Part shown: positions 50,800-64,000 of the stretch, in pieces
Layout: every line of letters starts with the position of its first letter
How positions within the stretch are numbered: the stretch's first letter is position 1
Assembly: GCF_000002075.1 (NCBI RefSeq)
Contig: NW_004797453.1
Coordinates: forward strand, 887,425-951,424
DNA length: 64,000 bases
Direction: 5' to 3'
Origin: Aplysia californica
Lineage: Eukaryota
Program-made: the position numbers and the translations under genes
The notes under the pieces: model-generated
Databases searched by the model: none
Told to the model about the DNA's origin: nothing
Seen by the model: the letters and a program-made list of their open reading frames with translations, nothing else

Positions 50800-53030
50800 C
50801 GATTACTTTTGGAATAAAAAGACCTTGCAAGGAGGATTGGGTTGAAGCCAGTGCATCAACACTCGCACCACTACTCGAGAAAAAGCGTAAGATCCTGATA
50901 GAACACAACACAAATCTAACAGAGATTACAAAGCAACAACTACGTGCTGCTAAATCCAACCTTCAAAGAGAAACCAGAAAGTGTGCCAATCAGTACTGGG
51001 ACAAGTTATGTTCAGAAATCCAACAGGCAAGCGATACAGGTAATATCAGGAAAATGTATGAAAACATCAGAGTTGCTATTGGACCAACAGCAAACAAAGT
51101 GGCACCTCTAAAGTTTGCGACAGGTGAACAGCTGACAGACAAGAAGAAACAAATGGAAATATGGGTGGAACATTATTCAGACTAATACTCAGAGGAACGA
51201 CATGTTGATAGACAGCTACATGAGGCCATTCCCCAGCTCTTCGAAATGTCAGAACTTGATACAACACCTACAGAAGAAGAACTCTCCTCTGCAATCGATG
51301 AACTCGCTTGCAGAAAAGCTGCAGAAAAGGACAACATACCTGCTGAAGTGCTGAAAGAGAACAAAGACATCCTCCTCCCATATCTGTACAAGCTACTAAC
51401 GACTTGTTGGCTGAAAGCAGAAATTCCACATGACATGAGAGATACCCAAATCACCACACTCTACGAAAACAAAGGGGACAAAGGAGATTGCAACAACTAC
51501 AGAGGTATCTCACTGCTAAGCATCACTGGAAAAGCTTTCGCTAGGATCATCCTGAAGCGACTTCAGAAACTAGCAGAAAGAGTACTACCAGAGAGCCAAT
51601 GCGGTTTCAGATCAAACCGCTCAACAATGGACATGATCTTTTCTATTCGTCAGCTACAATAAAAATGCAAGGATCAACAACTGCCATTACATACTGCATT
51701 CGTCGATCTGACAAAGGCTTTTGATACAGTCAGTTGATCAAAACTCTACATGGTGCTTGGAAAAATAGGCTGTCCCCCAATACAGCTACAGCCCATCCTC
51801 TCATTCCACGAAGATATGAAGGCCACCATTCAGTTTGACGGTTCTACATCAAACAGTTTCAACATCAATAGCGGAGTAAAGCAATGTTGTGTCTTAGCAC
51901 CAACCCTTTTTAACACTTATTTTGCTGTCTTACTGCAATGCGCATTCAAAGAGTCACCAGGGGATGTCTTCCTCCACTGGAGAACTGATGGATCGCTCTT
52001 CAATCTTGCTCGACTCAAGGCCAAGACCAAGATCAACAAAACAACAGTCCGAGACCTTCTCTTCGCCGACGATGCTGCTCCTGTTGCTCACAGTGAATCA
52101 ACCCTACAAACAATGATGGACCGCCTATCAACAGCATGCAAGGTTTTTAGCTCGGTCATCAGTGTTAAGAAGACAGTCATCCTTACTCAAGAAGGTGTAG
52201 AGCAGAGTCATATATGGCTAAACGACAAGGAACTTGAGACAGTGGTCAAGTTCTGTTACTTGGGGTCTACTATCAGCTCTACTACATCAATTGATTTTGA
52301 GATCAACATCAGGATAGGGAAAGCAGCAACAACTTTTGGAAGGCTGACAAAGCGAGCATGGGGAAACAAGAGATTAACTATCAAAACAAAGATCAAGATT
52401 TACGAAGCATATGTCCTCAGCACACTCCTTTATGGATCTAAAACATGGACCTTGTACAGCAGACAAGAAAAGTGCCTCGACATTTTCCATCTCAGATGCT
52501 GCCGCAGGATCTTAGGCATTTCGTGGCATGACAAGGTTACAAATGTTGAAGTGTTGTCATGGGCAAACCTCCAGAGCATGACAACTATACTGTGTTTAAA
52601 AAAGATTGAGATGGCTGGGCCATTTCAAGAGAATGGACGACAACCGGATTCCGAAGGAACTTCTCTATGGAGAACTTGCCCAGGGAAAGAGACCAAGAGA
52701 AATTGAGGTACAAAGACACCTGCAAAAACAGCTTATCTAAGCTTGGAGTAGATGTTAGCGTCTGGGAAGAAATAGCTGAGGACAGGAAAACATGGAGGAA
52801 AATGATAAAGGAAAGAACTGTAATGCTAGAGAGCAGCCTTAGAAACAACCAGGCTGAAAAGCGCCAACGACGAAAGGAAAACAGCGGAAATACAGAGCTT
52901 CGATCTACGACACTGACATGCAAGCACTTCGACAGAATCTGCGCTTCAAACATAGGAAGAATTAGCTATGAAAGAAGCTGCATGAAGACAACCTTGAGAC
53001 CATCTTAAGCTAAATTGACCGTCAGCATAG
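50800..53030 (+). mobile_element. RTE-clade LINE pseudogene (RT intact in outline, endonuclease missing)
   Basis: Contains KGDKGDCNNYRGISLLS, LPESQCGFR, FVDLTKAFD, GVKQCCVLAPTLF, LLFADD, YLGS and LLYGSKTW, plus a degenerate C-terminal Zn-finger-like CKHFDRICASNIG. There are several stops and frameshifts. Confidence 0.95.
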
Positions 53031-53170
53031 CCGAAAAGAGCCATATCTCTATATCAATAGATGAAGGATCTAGGAATTAACTAAGTATACGAACATCAAG
53101 TCAACCATTACAGCAGAACACAGACCCTACGTCATACACGCCATCTACTACTACACACACTCACACACAT

Positions 53171-53241
<71 letters not shown>

Positions 53242-54289
53242 TACAAACACACACTTTCTCCCTCCCCTCCCCCCTCTCTCTCTGGCTTCCCGTTACGTAA
53301 GTCTGAGCGCAGCAGTGTTTTTTTTTTTATCGCTTTACGATTTTTTTGGTTGTTTATATGAATTTCAGACAGATATTGTGGGGATATTGTGAGTTATAGT
53401 GAGCGTTATGTCGGGAACAGTATTTGGTTGCAACCGATGTGTTTGTCAGGATTGTAAATAACGAGTATTTGTCAAATTTCCCTACAGTTATCTGTGCGGT
53501 GAGGAGTGAAACCGTCCGTTTAACGACAGGCCATTTTGTGTGAGAAGTTCTCTAGACCTTTTAGCGACAGCCTTTTCCGAAACATGGAAATTCACGAGTC
53601 TTGACAAAGTAGCTTGGAGATTATAGAGGCGCTGAGGGCCTTTCAACAATACGGTTAGCAGAATTTTTGTGATATAAAAAAAAAAAAAGATAAAAATTTT
53701 AGAGTCAAGTTGGAGCACTTCGAGACTGAAATATCATCAATGAAAAAATAGAGCAGAGACGGTGGAGTTGTCATAAAGAGACAGCGGGGACAGCCTCTGA
53801 CAACTGCAAACGAATATGGACTCGGCCAGCCCAGCCCAGACAAGCGGCCACAAGAGACTTTACCTTGTTTTTTTTAATAATTATGAGTTGGAATGTACTT
53901 AGCATTTAAAAAAACACTGTTTGGCCATAATCTTGTGAAGTTTTGTTTGCCTTAAGACATTTGTGCACACTCTGAGCTTTGCTCACGTATCTTTTCGCCC
54001 TTCCCCAGTACAATATTTACTCTGCCGTGCACGGGTTTGAGCTTTATGCGCTACGCAACGTTCAATCGCGCGTGACAGTCGCTAGTGGTAAGTCACGAGG
54101 TGTGTATCCTTAATTAAGCTGGAAATCCATAGGCACGGAAACTGAACGGCAACGGAACGGCACCAGGACAAAATGTTCGGTATCGCAAGTGGCAACTTCA
54201 ATGTTTAAATCCACAGACATGGTACGGCACGGCAGGTTTGCGCCTTTTTGTTCTGTTTGGATGTATTACCAGCATGGCACCTGCCCAGT

Positions 54290-55490
54290 CAAAACTGTCT
54301 GTAGTGCGGTAACAAATTTGTGGCGCAACTTATTGTCAAATATTTAATAAATTATTGAACATAGACTCTCCAGTTTTCGCACAATGAACTCTCTTAACAG
54401 ATCAATATTTTTTGTGAACACCTGTTAGTTGTATTCTAGAAAATTCCTTTCATAAACTAATAAAGTAGGTGGTTTCTCTACATTTTAAAAGGTTTACGGG
54501 GCTCTCGTGGCCTAGAGGCTAATGTGTTGGCCTCTCATTCAAAAGGTCCCGGGTTCGAATCCGGGTAGCGATCGAAACATTTTCTTCTCTAAATTTGTCT
54601 CCTTTCACATCATTTCCTGCTTTCTAGCAATGTTCTGTCGTCTGCTTTCGTCTCCTCTTTCTGCCCCCACCCCCTCACCTCCTTTGCCCCTTCCTCTGGG
54701 CTCCTGATTCTTTCTGCAGCCTTTCTACTGCTACTCCTTCGCTTCTTCTTACTGCTGTCTTTCAGCCACATCCCTGATCTTCTGGTAGGAAAGATCTACA
54801 CCTACCTGTCTCGGACAAGGGCGAACAATCTCGGAGGGTCCGTGTGCAAGTTGCGCACGTTAAAGTTAAAGATCCCTTGGTGGTCTAAAATCGATTAGAG
54901 TAGGCTTCGGCCGCCACCCGGGCAAAATTCAAAATTTCCTACCAACTGAAAATATTAGGTGCGCCCCGCGCGCTCATATGACCGTATGCAGTTGCGAGCG
55001 CCGTAAAACACTATACAAAAACAAAACAAAAAGGTTTACAGCTGGTGCAACATCGCTTTTAAAATCAAGCCCGTCATGTTTTTCTAGTCGTGACACTATC
55101 TTTATTGAATGCATGTTTTGAGAAGCTTAAGGGCAAAAAATGTGTTCATTCTAAAATCAATTTTTTTGTAACAAGATTTGCCACTAAAAGGTGTCATTGA
55201 TGAGCGGCGACGTAGGCTAAGTGCGTCATGCGCGTATACATAATGTGTGTGAGAAGTGGGAAGTGTTGTGAACAATCCCATTTTCCGCGTGAAGGAGATA
55301 GCATTAAATATAAATTTATAAAGGAATTTTTAACATTTAGTCTCAATTGTTATGGAAAAATATGATTAAGTTAAGACAAATTGATACAAACTGTTGTGCA
55401 AAGTATGGATGACACTGATTCACCCGTTAAACAGATATTTGAGGATAATTTGTACCGTGAATTTTTGACCGCACTAGGGCCTATAGGTTC
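54290..55490 (+). repeat. Interspersed repeat, copy 2, split by a SINE
   Basis: Homologous to 28940-30150 on both sides of the SINE. Confidence 0.7.
54498..55028 (+). mobile_element. Full-length tRNA-derived SINE (family B, Meta-like) with 11-bp TSD
   Basis: A box gtggcctagagg, B box ggttcgaatcc, gtccgtgtgc..gcacgttaaa..gatcc core and (ACAAA)n tail. The TSD aaaaggtttac is at 54487-54497 and 55029-55039. Confidence 0.88.
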
Positions 55491-56089
55491 GTGAAACAAG
55501 ATCGCCCACAATGCAACGAGGTATTTTCGAAGGAATATTTAAGTGCCACACCCACATTTTTCTTTCCAGCACCTGTGCTTCAGTGGCAGAATCGCTCCTG
55601 TTTCCCATTAAAATAGTTTTAGGAGCCGCTGACATTTTTGATTCCGTACTTGGCCCATCCTGCGTAAGTCCTCCTCCTCCTCCTCGATCTCTCCCTCTAT
55701 GAACACACACCCTCACACATAAACACACACACTTACACATACACACACCTACACATAAACACACACACACAAACAAACAAACACATACACGGACACACAT
55801 AAACAAAGACACACACCTCTNNNNNNNNNNNNNNNNNNNNNNNNNNNNNNNNNNNNNNNNNNNNNNNNNNNNNNNNNNNNNNNNNNNNNNNNNNNNNNNN
55901 NNNNNNNNNNNNNNNNNNNNNNNNNNNNNNNNNNNNNNNNNNNNNNNNNNNNNNNNNNNNNNNNNNNNNNNNNNNNNNNNNNNNNNNNACTACACATGAG
56001 GTGTCGACCGAAACTCCTTGGTCAGGTATTTTGACCAATGCTCATGTTCTAAACCTGTCACATCCCCAGCCTACGACATGACCCTCTAT

Positions 56090-56492
56090 CGCTACATGGA
56101 CCGATCGCAGGCGACGGTCACTTGCGACTGAACGTCGGGTCGCGTGTAAGGAGACAGTTTCTTTATAATCTTACTTGATTGATTTTAGAGCGGCAAGGAC
56201 CACACGCGTCGGACATGAGGCTATGTTCCCTAATGAAAGACGCAACGTTTAGTCGCCTTCGACAGTCGGTAATGATTAGTTGTGACGTGTGTATCCTAAT
56301 GCGCGACCATATCGCGCAAAAATGTTCAGTCGCCTGCGACAAAAGCGAAAAAAGTGTCTCTTTACGCGCGACGCGACCTTCAGCCATGCGCGACTGGCTA
56401 AGCCCGTGCGCAACAGGCAGTTCACAATAGAGAGCCACAGTAGCAAATTTTAATGCTAGTTTTTGCGCATAGCCTAGAGTCTTGCCTTCACC

Positions 56493-56526
<34 letters not shown>

Positions 56527-57550
56527 NNNNNNNNNNNNNNNNNNNNNNNNNNNNNNNNNNNNNNNNNNNNNNNNNNNNNNNNNNNNNNNNNNNNNNNNNN
56601 NNNNNNNNNNNNNNNNNNNNNNNNNNNNNNNNNNNNNNNNNNNNNNNNNNNNNNNNNNNNNNNNNNNNNNNNNNNNNNNNNNNNNNNNNNNNNNNNNNNN
56701 NNNNNNNNNNNNNNNNNNNNNNNNNNNNNNNNNNNNNNNNNNNNNNNNNNNNNNNNNNNNNNNNNNNNNNNNNNNNNNNNNNNNNNNNNNNNNNNNNNNN
56801 NNNNNNNNNNNNNNNNNNNNNNNNNNNNNNNNNNNNNNNNNNNNNNNNNNNNNNNNNNNNNNNNNNNNNNNNNNNNNNNNNNNNNNNNNNNNNNNNNNNN
56901 NNNNNNNNNNNNNNNNNNNNNNNNNNNNNNNNNNNNNNNNNNNNNNNNNNNNNNNNNNNNNNNNNNNNNNNNNNNNNNNNNNNNNNNNNNNNNNNNNNNN
57001 NNNNNNNNNNNNNNNNNNNNNNNNNNNNNNNNNNNNNNNNNNNNNNNNNNNNNNNNNNNNNNNNNNNNNNNNNNNNNNNNNNNNNNNNNNNNNNNNNNNN
57101 NNNNNNNNNNNNNNNNNNNNNNNNNNNNNNNNNNNNNNNNNNNNNNNNNNNNNNNNNNNNNNNNNNNNNNNNNNNNNNNNNNNNNNNNNNNNNNNNNNNN
57201 NNNNNNNNNNNNNNNNNNNNNNNNNNNNNNNNNNNNNNNNNNNNNNNNNNNNNNNNNNNNNNNNNNAGGAGGAGGAGGAGGAGGAGGAGGAGGAGGAGAA
57301 GGAGAACTTACACTCGATTGGCCATGAACGCAACAAAAATTGTCAGCAGCTCCTAGAACTCCCATCTGGTGTGCTTGTGCTTCTTTGCCCATCTCGATAT
57401 TAACATTTGCCATTGTCTTTCTTCTGTGAATTGTCAGTCGCGCGAGGACTTAAACAGTAACGCGCGGCCAAACGTCACGTCGCACAGAAGGAGACAGTTT
57501 TGTCGCTTTTGTTGCACTCGACTTGAAATTTTGGCGCGATCTGATGGGAT
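56090..57550. mobile_element. CpG-rich element with reiterated GCGAC/GTCGC motifs (Harbinger-like subterminal repeats)
   Basis: Many gcgac/gtcgc motifs occur on both sides of the 56527-57267 gap. The termini are not resolved. Confidence 0.35.
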
Positions 57551-58518
57551 TGGCTTGAATTTTATTCTAATGCCTGTCCTACCTTGATAATATTTCTGTG
57601 TTCTTTTTTTAAATACAATTTTTAACACATTCAAGTATACAAAAAATGTGGTGCCAAGCATTAATTCATCCTATTCTCAAGAAAGCTAGTCCTTCAGGAG
57701 TGGACAACCAACCGGGCATTGCACGTCGAAATACTGGTAATGGATAATAACTTATGTACGTGACCAAATTAAACGATAACGCTGCGGCACTGACATGAGG
57801 AGACTTTTATGTACAATAAGGGTTGGATAAGCATGTTTTTTCTTTTTCAGAATGTTGGTGATAAGGATGTTTTCCTATCCCAAGTCAGATGCTTTCCTAT
57901 CCCAAGTCAAAGAACGACTAATAAATTGAAAAATATTAGCCACCTGGACTGGTGTTCTAAGGTGTCTGACGTTTATCCTAACTACTTGGACTTCCATCCT
58001 ACGTTAAGCTTTGCTCCATATCTCTCATTCACCATCTCTGCAAGAAGTAGAAGGGCCCTAGCATTACTCAGAACTTTCATTTTGTCGCTGAATAATAATC
58101 TGTTCTGGTTGGGTATTGTCGACAGCAATCGTTGCCACCAGTGGGACGAAAATATGTAGACAATGAATTCCATGTATTGTTCAGATGCTCACATTACAAT
58201 GAAATACGAGAGCAACTTTTGCCAGAGAGCGCCAGACTTAAAACACGTGAGAGCCAATGTCTAAGCCTAATGGCATATTAGTCTGTTTTGACGAAGTCCA
58301 CTCTAAAAACGTAATCTCACTTCTAAATTATGTTATACGGACACGCTTGTCTTAGAAAAAAGATATTCATTCACCCATGTAACTCTGTATTTACGACAAT
58401 ATGTACTATGTTAAATGCATTTAAATATGATAATAACAATGACAACCAATTTATCTTGATTTCTCTCGATGTTTCATTGGTAGAACCTGCCCTTTCAAAT
58501 CAATCAAATCAATTTTTT

Positions 58519-58578
<60 letters not shown>

Positions 58579-60023
58579 GCTCCAAAATAATAAATCAAAT
58601 AAATCATAATAATTAAAAATGGGGGAACAGCTTTAACACACGCACTCTTTTCTACCTTCCTTTTTCAAATCGACTCATTCGTAAGAACAATAATATTATA
58701 AACTCCAATCCAAAGCACAGGAATACAACTTTTCATAAACAACTATATACCATACATTGAGTTGTTTTAGCATTGCACTTTCGGTGAAATAAATCCTTAA
58801 TTTCACACATGATATATAATATATCAAGCTAATAATTCACGTGTGAAATATCTTCGGAGTCTGTTGTGTATTAGAGCAATCCAACACCAGTCTTGGGTGC
58901 AAACAAAGAGGTTATAAATTAAATAATACTTTATAACCTCTTTGAGTGCAATGCACAAGTCTATGCTAGCAAGCTACTCGACTTTTGAATCTTTCTGTTT
59001 GCTTTGCCTGTTCTTATGTTATTATTGTTTTGTTTGCGGTTTATTTCGCGGAGGGGAGATAACATTATACGGATAGCACAATGTTATGTAATAAGTGTGG
59101 CTAAATAAAGGAAACCAATTCAGCTTTTTGTCCCCATTCTCACTCCAAAGGGCTTTAAAATTTTCTTTTAATTTGAGACTCTTGAATGGATGTTCTTGTC
59201 CACTTGACTAGTCATTCGAACTTTCTTGGTCGGTATCTATTTTGCAAGCTGTTATCAGTATAGCATGACAAAAGTATTACACTCGTTATGGTGTTAGTCT
59301 ATGATTTGTCGTACTTGTGAAATTGCCTGTTGTAATCACCTGATTACAACTCGTGATTACAACTTAATCAATCATGATCTCCCACCATAATTCATGTAAA
59401 CCTTTTTTTACCACCTCTTGAATCCAACTGTTCATGGAAGGAGGTGCATTTATTAAACAGCCTTATTTACAGTAGACACAAACAAATTAATTATTTTGTT
59501 TGTATTGGTCTGTTCTTTCTCTTTTCAGAATGAGTTGCACGATACTTCAATGTGGTTCATATTCAGGATTTAAAACGGTAAAGAATTCAACTCAATCAAT
59601 ACTTTATGGCTGTTCCATCCTGACCCCCAAGTTATCTGTACTATATTAGATCAAATTATTACAAAAACATGCCAGGAAAGCTGAAATCTGGGCCGCCCAT
59701 CAACCAATGTGCGGATCACTCCCATTCTATCTTCTAGAAGAACCCACAACACGTGCTTTCCTAAAAGGTTGATACAAAGAGTACTGGAACAGATATGTCC
59801 GAGAATCCCAGTATTGATCGTCGCATGCGACAAAAGGGTGCTCTAGGAGATGTTTCTAAAGCCATCACGTGGTGGCCCTAATCTCCGTAGAAGGGATATA
59901 AAACCGGAGATGTCTTGCACTGTGCAACGCATTACAATTACCCTTTCTCAACCCTATCACAATGAAACGATGCTCTGGAAAAGAAAAAGAGAAGCGCTAC
60001 GATCTCTGTTTTTGATTACTGCA

Positions 60024-60080
<57 letters not shown>

Positions 60081-60105
60081 ACTATCTATCTATCTATCAA
60101 TCTAT
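60024..60105. repeat. (ATCT)n microsatellite
   Basis: Directly visible. Confidence 0.95.
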
Positions 60106-62714
60106 CTCAAGAAATATCGCCCCTCTTTTCCTCTCTTTCCCCCTCTCTCTCTCGTGCAGATTGTTTATTCATTTGTATCCGTGGTCTTTATTATTGTGGA
60201 TCAAATCTGTATAACGCCTTATTCGTTCTTTCTCTCCTTCTAGCTCACTGCCAGACTCTCGAAGATCTTGTTCAGCCTCTCCTAATATATTTATTTTCTC
60301 TCCCCACCCCCCTCTCTCTCTCCCTCTTTCCCTGTTCCTCCCTTTCCTGACTCTTCTTCTCTCATTCTCTCTCGTCCTCTCATCGCCCTCTCTCTTACTC
60401 GCTCTGTTCTCCCTTTCATANNNNNNNNNNNNNNNNNNNNNNNNNNNNNNNNNNNNNNNNNNNNNNNNNNNNNNNNNNNNNNNNNNNNNNNNNNNNNNNN
60501 NNNNNNNNNNNNNNNNNNNNNNNNNNNNNNNNNNNNNNNNNNNNNNNNNNNNNNNNNNNNNNNNNNNNNNNNNNNNNNNNNNNNNNNNNNNNNNNNNNNN
60601 NNCAGTCTNNNNNNNNNNNNNNNNNNNNNNNNNNNNNNNNNNNNNNNNNNNNNNNNNNNNNNNNNNNNNNNNNNNNNNNNNNNNNNNNNNNNNNNNNNNN
60701 NNNNNNNNNNNNNNNNNNNNNNNNNNNNNNNNNNNNNNNNNNNNNNNNNNNNNNNNNNNNNNNNNNNNNNNNNNNNNNNNNNNNNNAAGTTCAATCGTTC
60801 TTATCGTGGGCACTTTTATATCCCGAAGGAGGTAAGCTCGTCAGTCCGCATTGGTGTTTACCCAGTAATAACTATCTCTTCTCTCTACACTAGGTCCTCA
60901 TAAAGCTTCCCATGCGGTCCCACAGACCATTTTAATTCCTCTCTATTTAATCAAGGCGGTGATTTGCATCAATTCCCCTTCCCCTATAATCCACTCTATT
61001 TAAACTGTAGTAGATTATATTTTCTTTTGAATCTTTCCAAACATCTTCCTCTCACTAACATTTTCCCTCTGCATGCGCACTCACGAACCAATAAATCCGC
61101 TTATACGTACACACATTATTATACACACACGAAGACACACTCAAACATACCTTCAAACGTATAAAACATACATAAATTATTTTTTTCTGTTACGTGAAGT
61201 CTCTCTGACTTCCACTCCCCTTTCCCCACTACGTGGGGATTTTCTTTTTTTGATTAGTCCTAAATGATAAAGTCTATCTCATAGTACAACCATTCCTTTC
61301 CCATTGTTGTCTTCACCATCCTTTTCTCCTTGCATACTCTAGCCTGGTCTATCTTGTTTGCCTTTCTTCTACAGGCTTGTCTACTGTCTACCTTCGTCCC
61401 CCTCCCGCACCCGTCTCCCTGTCTCTGTCGTGCATTAAAGTCTATCTCTCTGTCTCACTCTCACTCACCCCCCCCTCTCTCTCTCTCTCTTCACCCTCCC
61501 CTTCTCTCTCTTCCTCAATCTTTTATAGTCTTTTTATTTCAGGCTTTCATCCTAGATCTAGGGCAGAGACGATCGGATGAGATCTCGACAAGCGGCTTTC
61601 CAGGTAATACCGGAGACCGCACGGGCTATACTAGCTTCGGGCTTGCATTTTACTCAAGTGTGTGAGCCCAGTATTGAGATCTACAGAGTTCTCTCCCGCA
61701 TCCTGACAGCGCTTAGAGATTTCCATTTCTTCTATCCATGATTCTGTTCCGCAAATGGAATTGTTGACACAAGGAAGGGCAATGTTTTGAAATGTTCTAA
61801 TTTTGGTAATACCCTGACTGGGGATTTACTGATGTTCGTCTGTGTGGAAAAGTTTTGAGTGAAGAAAAGGAGAGAGAGAGGAAATATGAGTAATCAATAC
61901 CTTGACACAGAGGCAGATAGATAAGGCGATGTATTTGACATAATATTACTCTAAGGTATCGAATAAGCATCCCCCCCCCCCCGCTTCTTATTCCATACCC
62001 CCCGTTTGCTTTTTTCCACCTTGCCACGACCAACGATCCTGTGAAACATTATATTTATTTAGAATATAGATATCTGAATGAAACTTCTTGTTTTTTGTAA
62101 ATGGTAAATTACCCTCAGTATTAGCACCGGTACCGGGTTGGCTACCTCAATTTTCTGTGCACGTTTAAAACTTTTGTACATTGGTTTATATTTTTCATTG
62201 AAACTGATTTGTTCCTAAATGGGAACATATGTCACAGTATCTTCTAAAATCACTAACATTTCATGATCTCTTTTCTTCTATTCACTGAAAGAGAAAAACA
62301 AATTTGTTCCAAATAGTACAGGGGTATAACGTTGAATGTGCATCCCCCCTTTATTCTAACCCCCTGTTTATTATTTTTAGACCACTTGTCCACCCGCCCT
62401 CCCCCCATTTTATTCCTACCCCTCCCCTTTTAANNNNNNNNNNNNNNNNNNNNNNNNNNNNNNNNNNNNNNNNNNNNNNNNNNNNNNNNNNNNNNNNNNN
62501 NNNNNNNNNNNNNNNNNNNNNNNNNNNNNNNNNNNNNNNNNNNNNNNNNNNNNNNNNNNNNNNNNNNNNNNNNNNNNNNNNNNNNNNNNNNNNNNNNNNN
62601 NNNNNNNNNNNNNNNNNNNNNNNNNNNNNNNNNNNNNNNNNNNNNNNNNNNNNNNNNNNNNNNNNNNNNNNNNNNNNNNNNNNNNNNNNNNNNNNNNNNN
62701 NGCTTGAAATAAAT

Positions 62715-63200
62715 TGATAAATGGGTGGTGGCAGTGTGATGGTGTGAGGTTAGATATCTTTCAACTACATGTACTTAACCTAGCTGCACATTTTCAACAC
62801 TACGCATACGGTCAACGACAACGAATACCTGAATGGTCCCCTGGTATATTTGGTTCTCTTCTTTCAAATTCATAGATATATGCACACATTCCAGAAAGAG
62901 AATGCGCGGCCACACGTTGTCCATGTAATATGTACTACCTACAGCAACAAAATGTGAACGCTTTATCACGACCAGCCTTCTCGCCACACATCCATAAAGA
63001 ACCTATGAGGTCATTTGGACATTAAAACTGTGCAACGGCTGTGACTTGCATTGATTCAAAAGTGCAATGAACTACAACAACAATTGATTAAAAAACGCAC
63101 CACCAACAACAACAAACAACAATTGACTGAATCACTGCGCAGAAGATGCCAAGCTTGTATCACTGCAAAGGGCGACAATTTTTTAAATCAACGGTACCAG
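62715..63200 (+). mobile_element. Tc1 transposase catalytic remnant
   Basis: Contains GGGSVMV*G, FQKENARPH and RPAFSP..PI.NL*. Confidence 0.75.
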
Positions 63201-64000
63201 TTTGTGATTCCACACAGCACGACCACGTAAAGTATGATCAAGGATGTGAAAGAAGAAAATTTTAGAGGAGAACATTTTAGAGAAGAAAATTTTCCGTCGC
63301 CATCCGGATTCGAACCCAGGACCTATAGAATGAAAAACGAACACCAAAGCCCCTCTATATATGTATATAAATTATATGTAGAGGCAATCTAAAAAAGGTA
63401 TCTCTTCTTGATTGAGTAAAAAGTTTTTTCTTCTAATTTTTACGTTTTTCCCTTCACTCTAGAAAGTACGTCAAGTTTTAAAATTAACATTTTGGTGTTT
63501 CAATCAATGCTAACACCACCAACGTGAGATACAGAAAATTGACTTTTTTGATGATCACGTGGCTTTTTTTCCCCTTCTATTTTTTGTTCCTTTTCTTTTA
63601 TGAAGTTTAAGTCGGTGTTTACTTGCAGCAGCAATAAAACGTGATCATTGCCACCTTAAATAAATAATAGGTTTTACTTAACATCCGAGAATCGAGCACT
63701 CGACATGCTGACAATAATAGCTAACACGCGGAGCATGACGATGGCTCGATTTCTCATAATATGTAGAGATCACTCTGAAATGTTTCATCGATACAGACTT
63801 CGTAGAGAGACAGGCGCCAGGTAGTGTAAGGAATAAAATTATTTTAAACATATTTATAATCTTTTAAACATTTGAGCTTAAATATGTTCAGAGCACATTT
63901 TTTTAAAACCTTTGTCTTCTTAACGGGAATAGTGGGGTATCGAAGCTGATAATGATCGTACACATCTCTAGAACATTGCGTGCGCGTACATTTTTTCTTT

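Noticed and set aside
54498-54572. tRNA gene
   Set aside because: The A and B boxes belong to a SINE head followed by body, tail and TSD, with no clean cloverleaf. The same applies to the heads at about 27100, 30900, 44870 and 63310.
57312-57413. Receptor signal-peptide exon (ATG...gtaagt on the minus strand)
   Set aside because: The ATG frame has no hydrophobic core, the hydrophobic frame has an upstream TAG, and it lies within a probable transposon.

Overview
This is AT-rich, gappy (many N runs) and repeat-dense animal genomic DNA. It is probably from a mollusc or other lophotrochozoan, inferred from the receptor type and the SINE/LINE repertoire. Two host genes are supportable, both on the minus strand. 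(1) Three GT-AG exons at 23626-23424, 7338-7273 and 5543-5358 splice in frame into a nicotinic acetylcholine receptor alpha-type subunit. It has a Cys-loop, loop B WTY, loop C YTCC and M1. Its M1-M2 linker reads PPESPAK instead of the cationic GEK, which is the signature of an anion-selective (chloride) ACh receptor. (2) One intact 186-codon first coding exon of mitochondrial complex I subunit NDUFA10 (28567-28009) lies 4.4 kb upstream of the Cys-loop exon on the same strand. I found no further NDUFA10 exons and no 5' receptor exons in the sequenced part. Most of the remainder is transposon debris: many Tc1 and mariner remnants, RTE and CR1/L2 LINEs, a Helitron helicase with an intact 3' end, tRNA-derived SINEs, MITEs, MADF-domain remnants and microsatellites. 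Transposon boundaries are approximate unless TIRs or TSDs are quoted. I saw no rRNA, genuine tRNA or CRISPR array.
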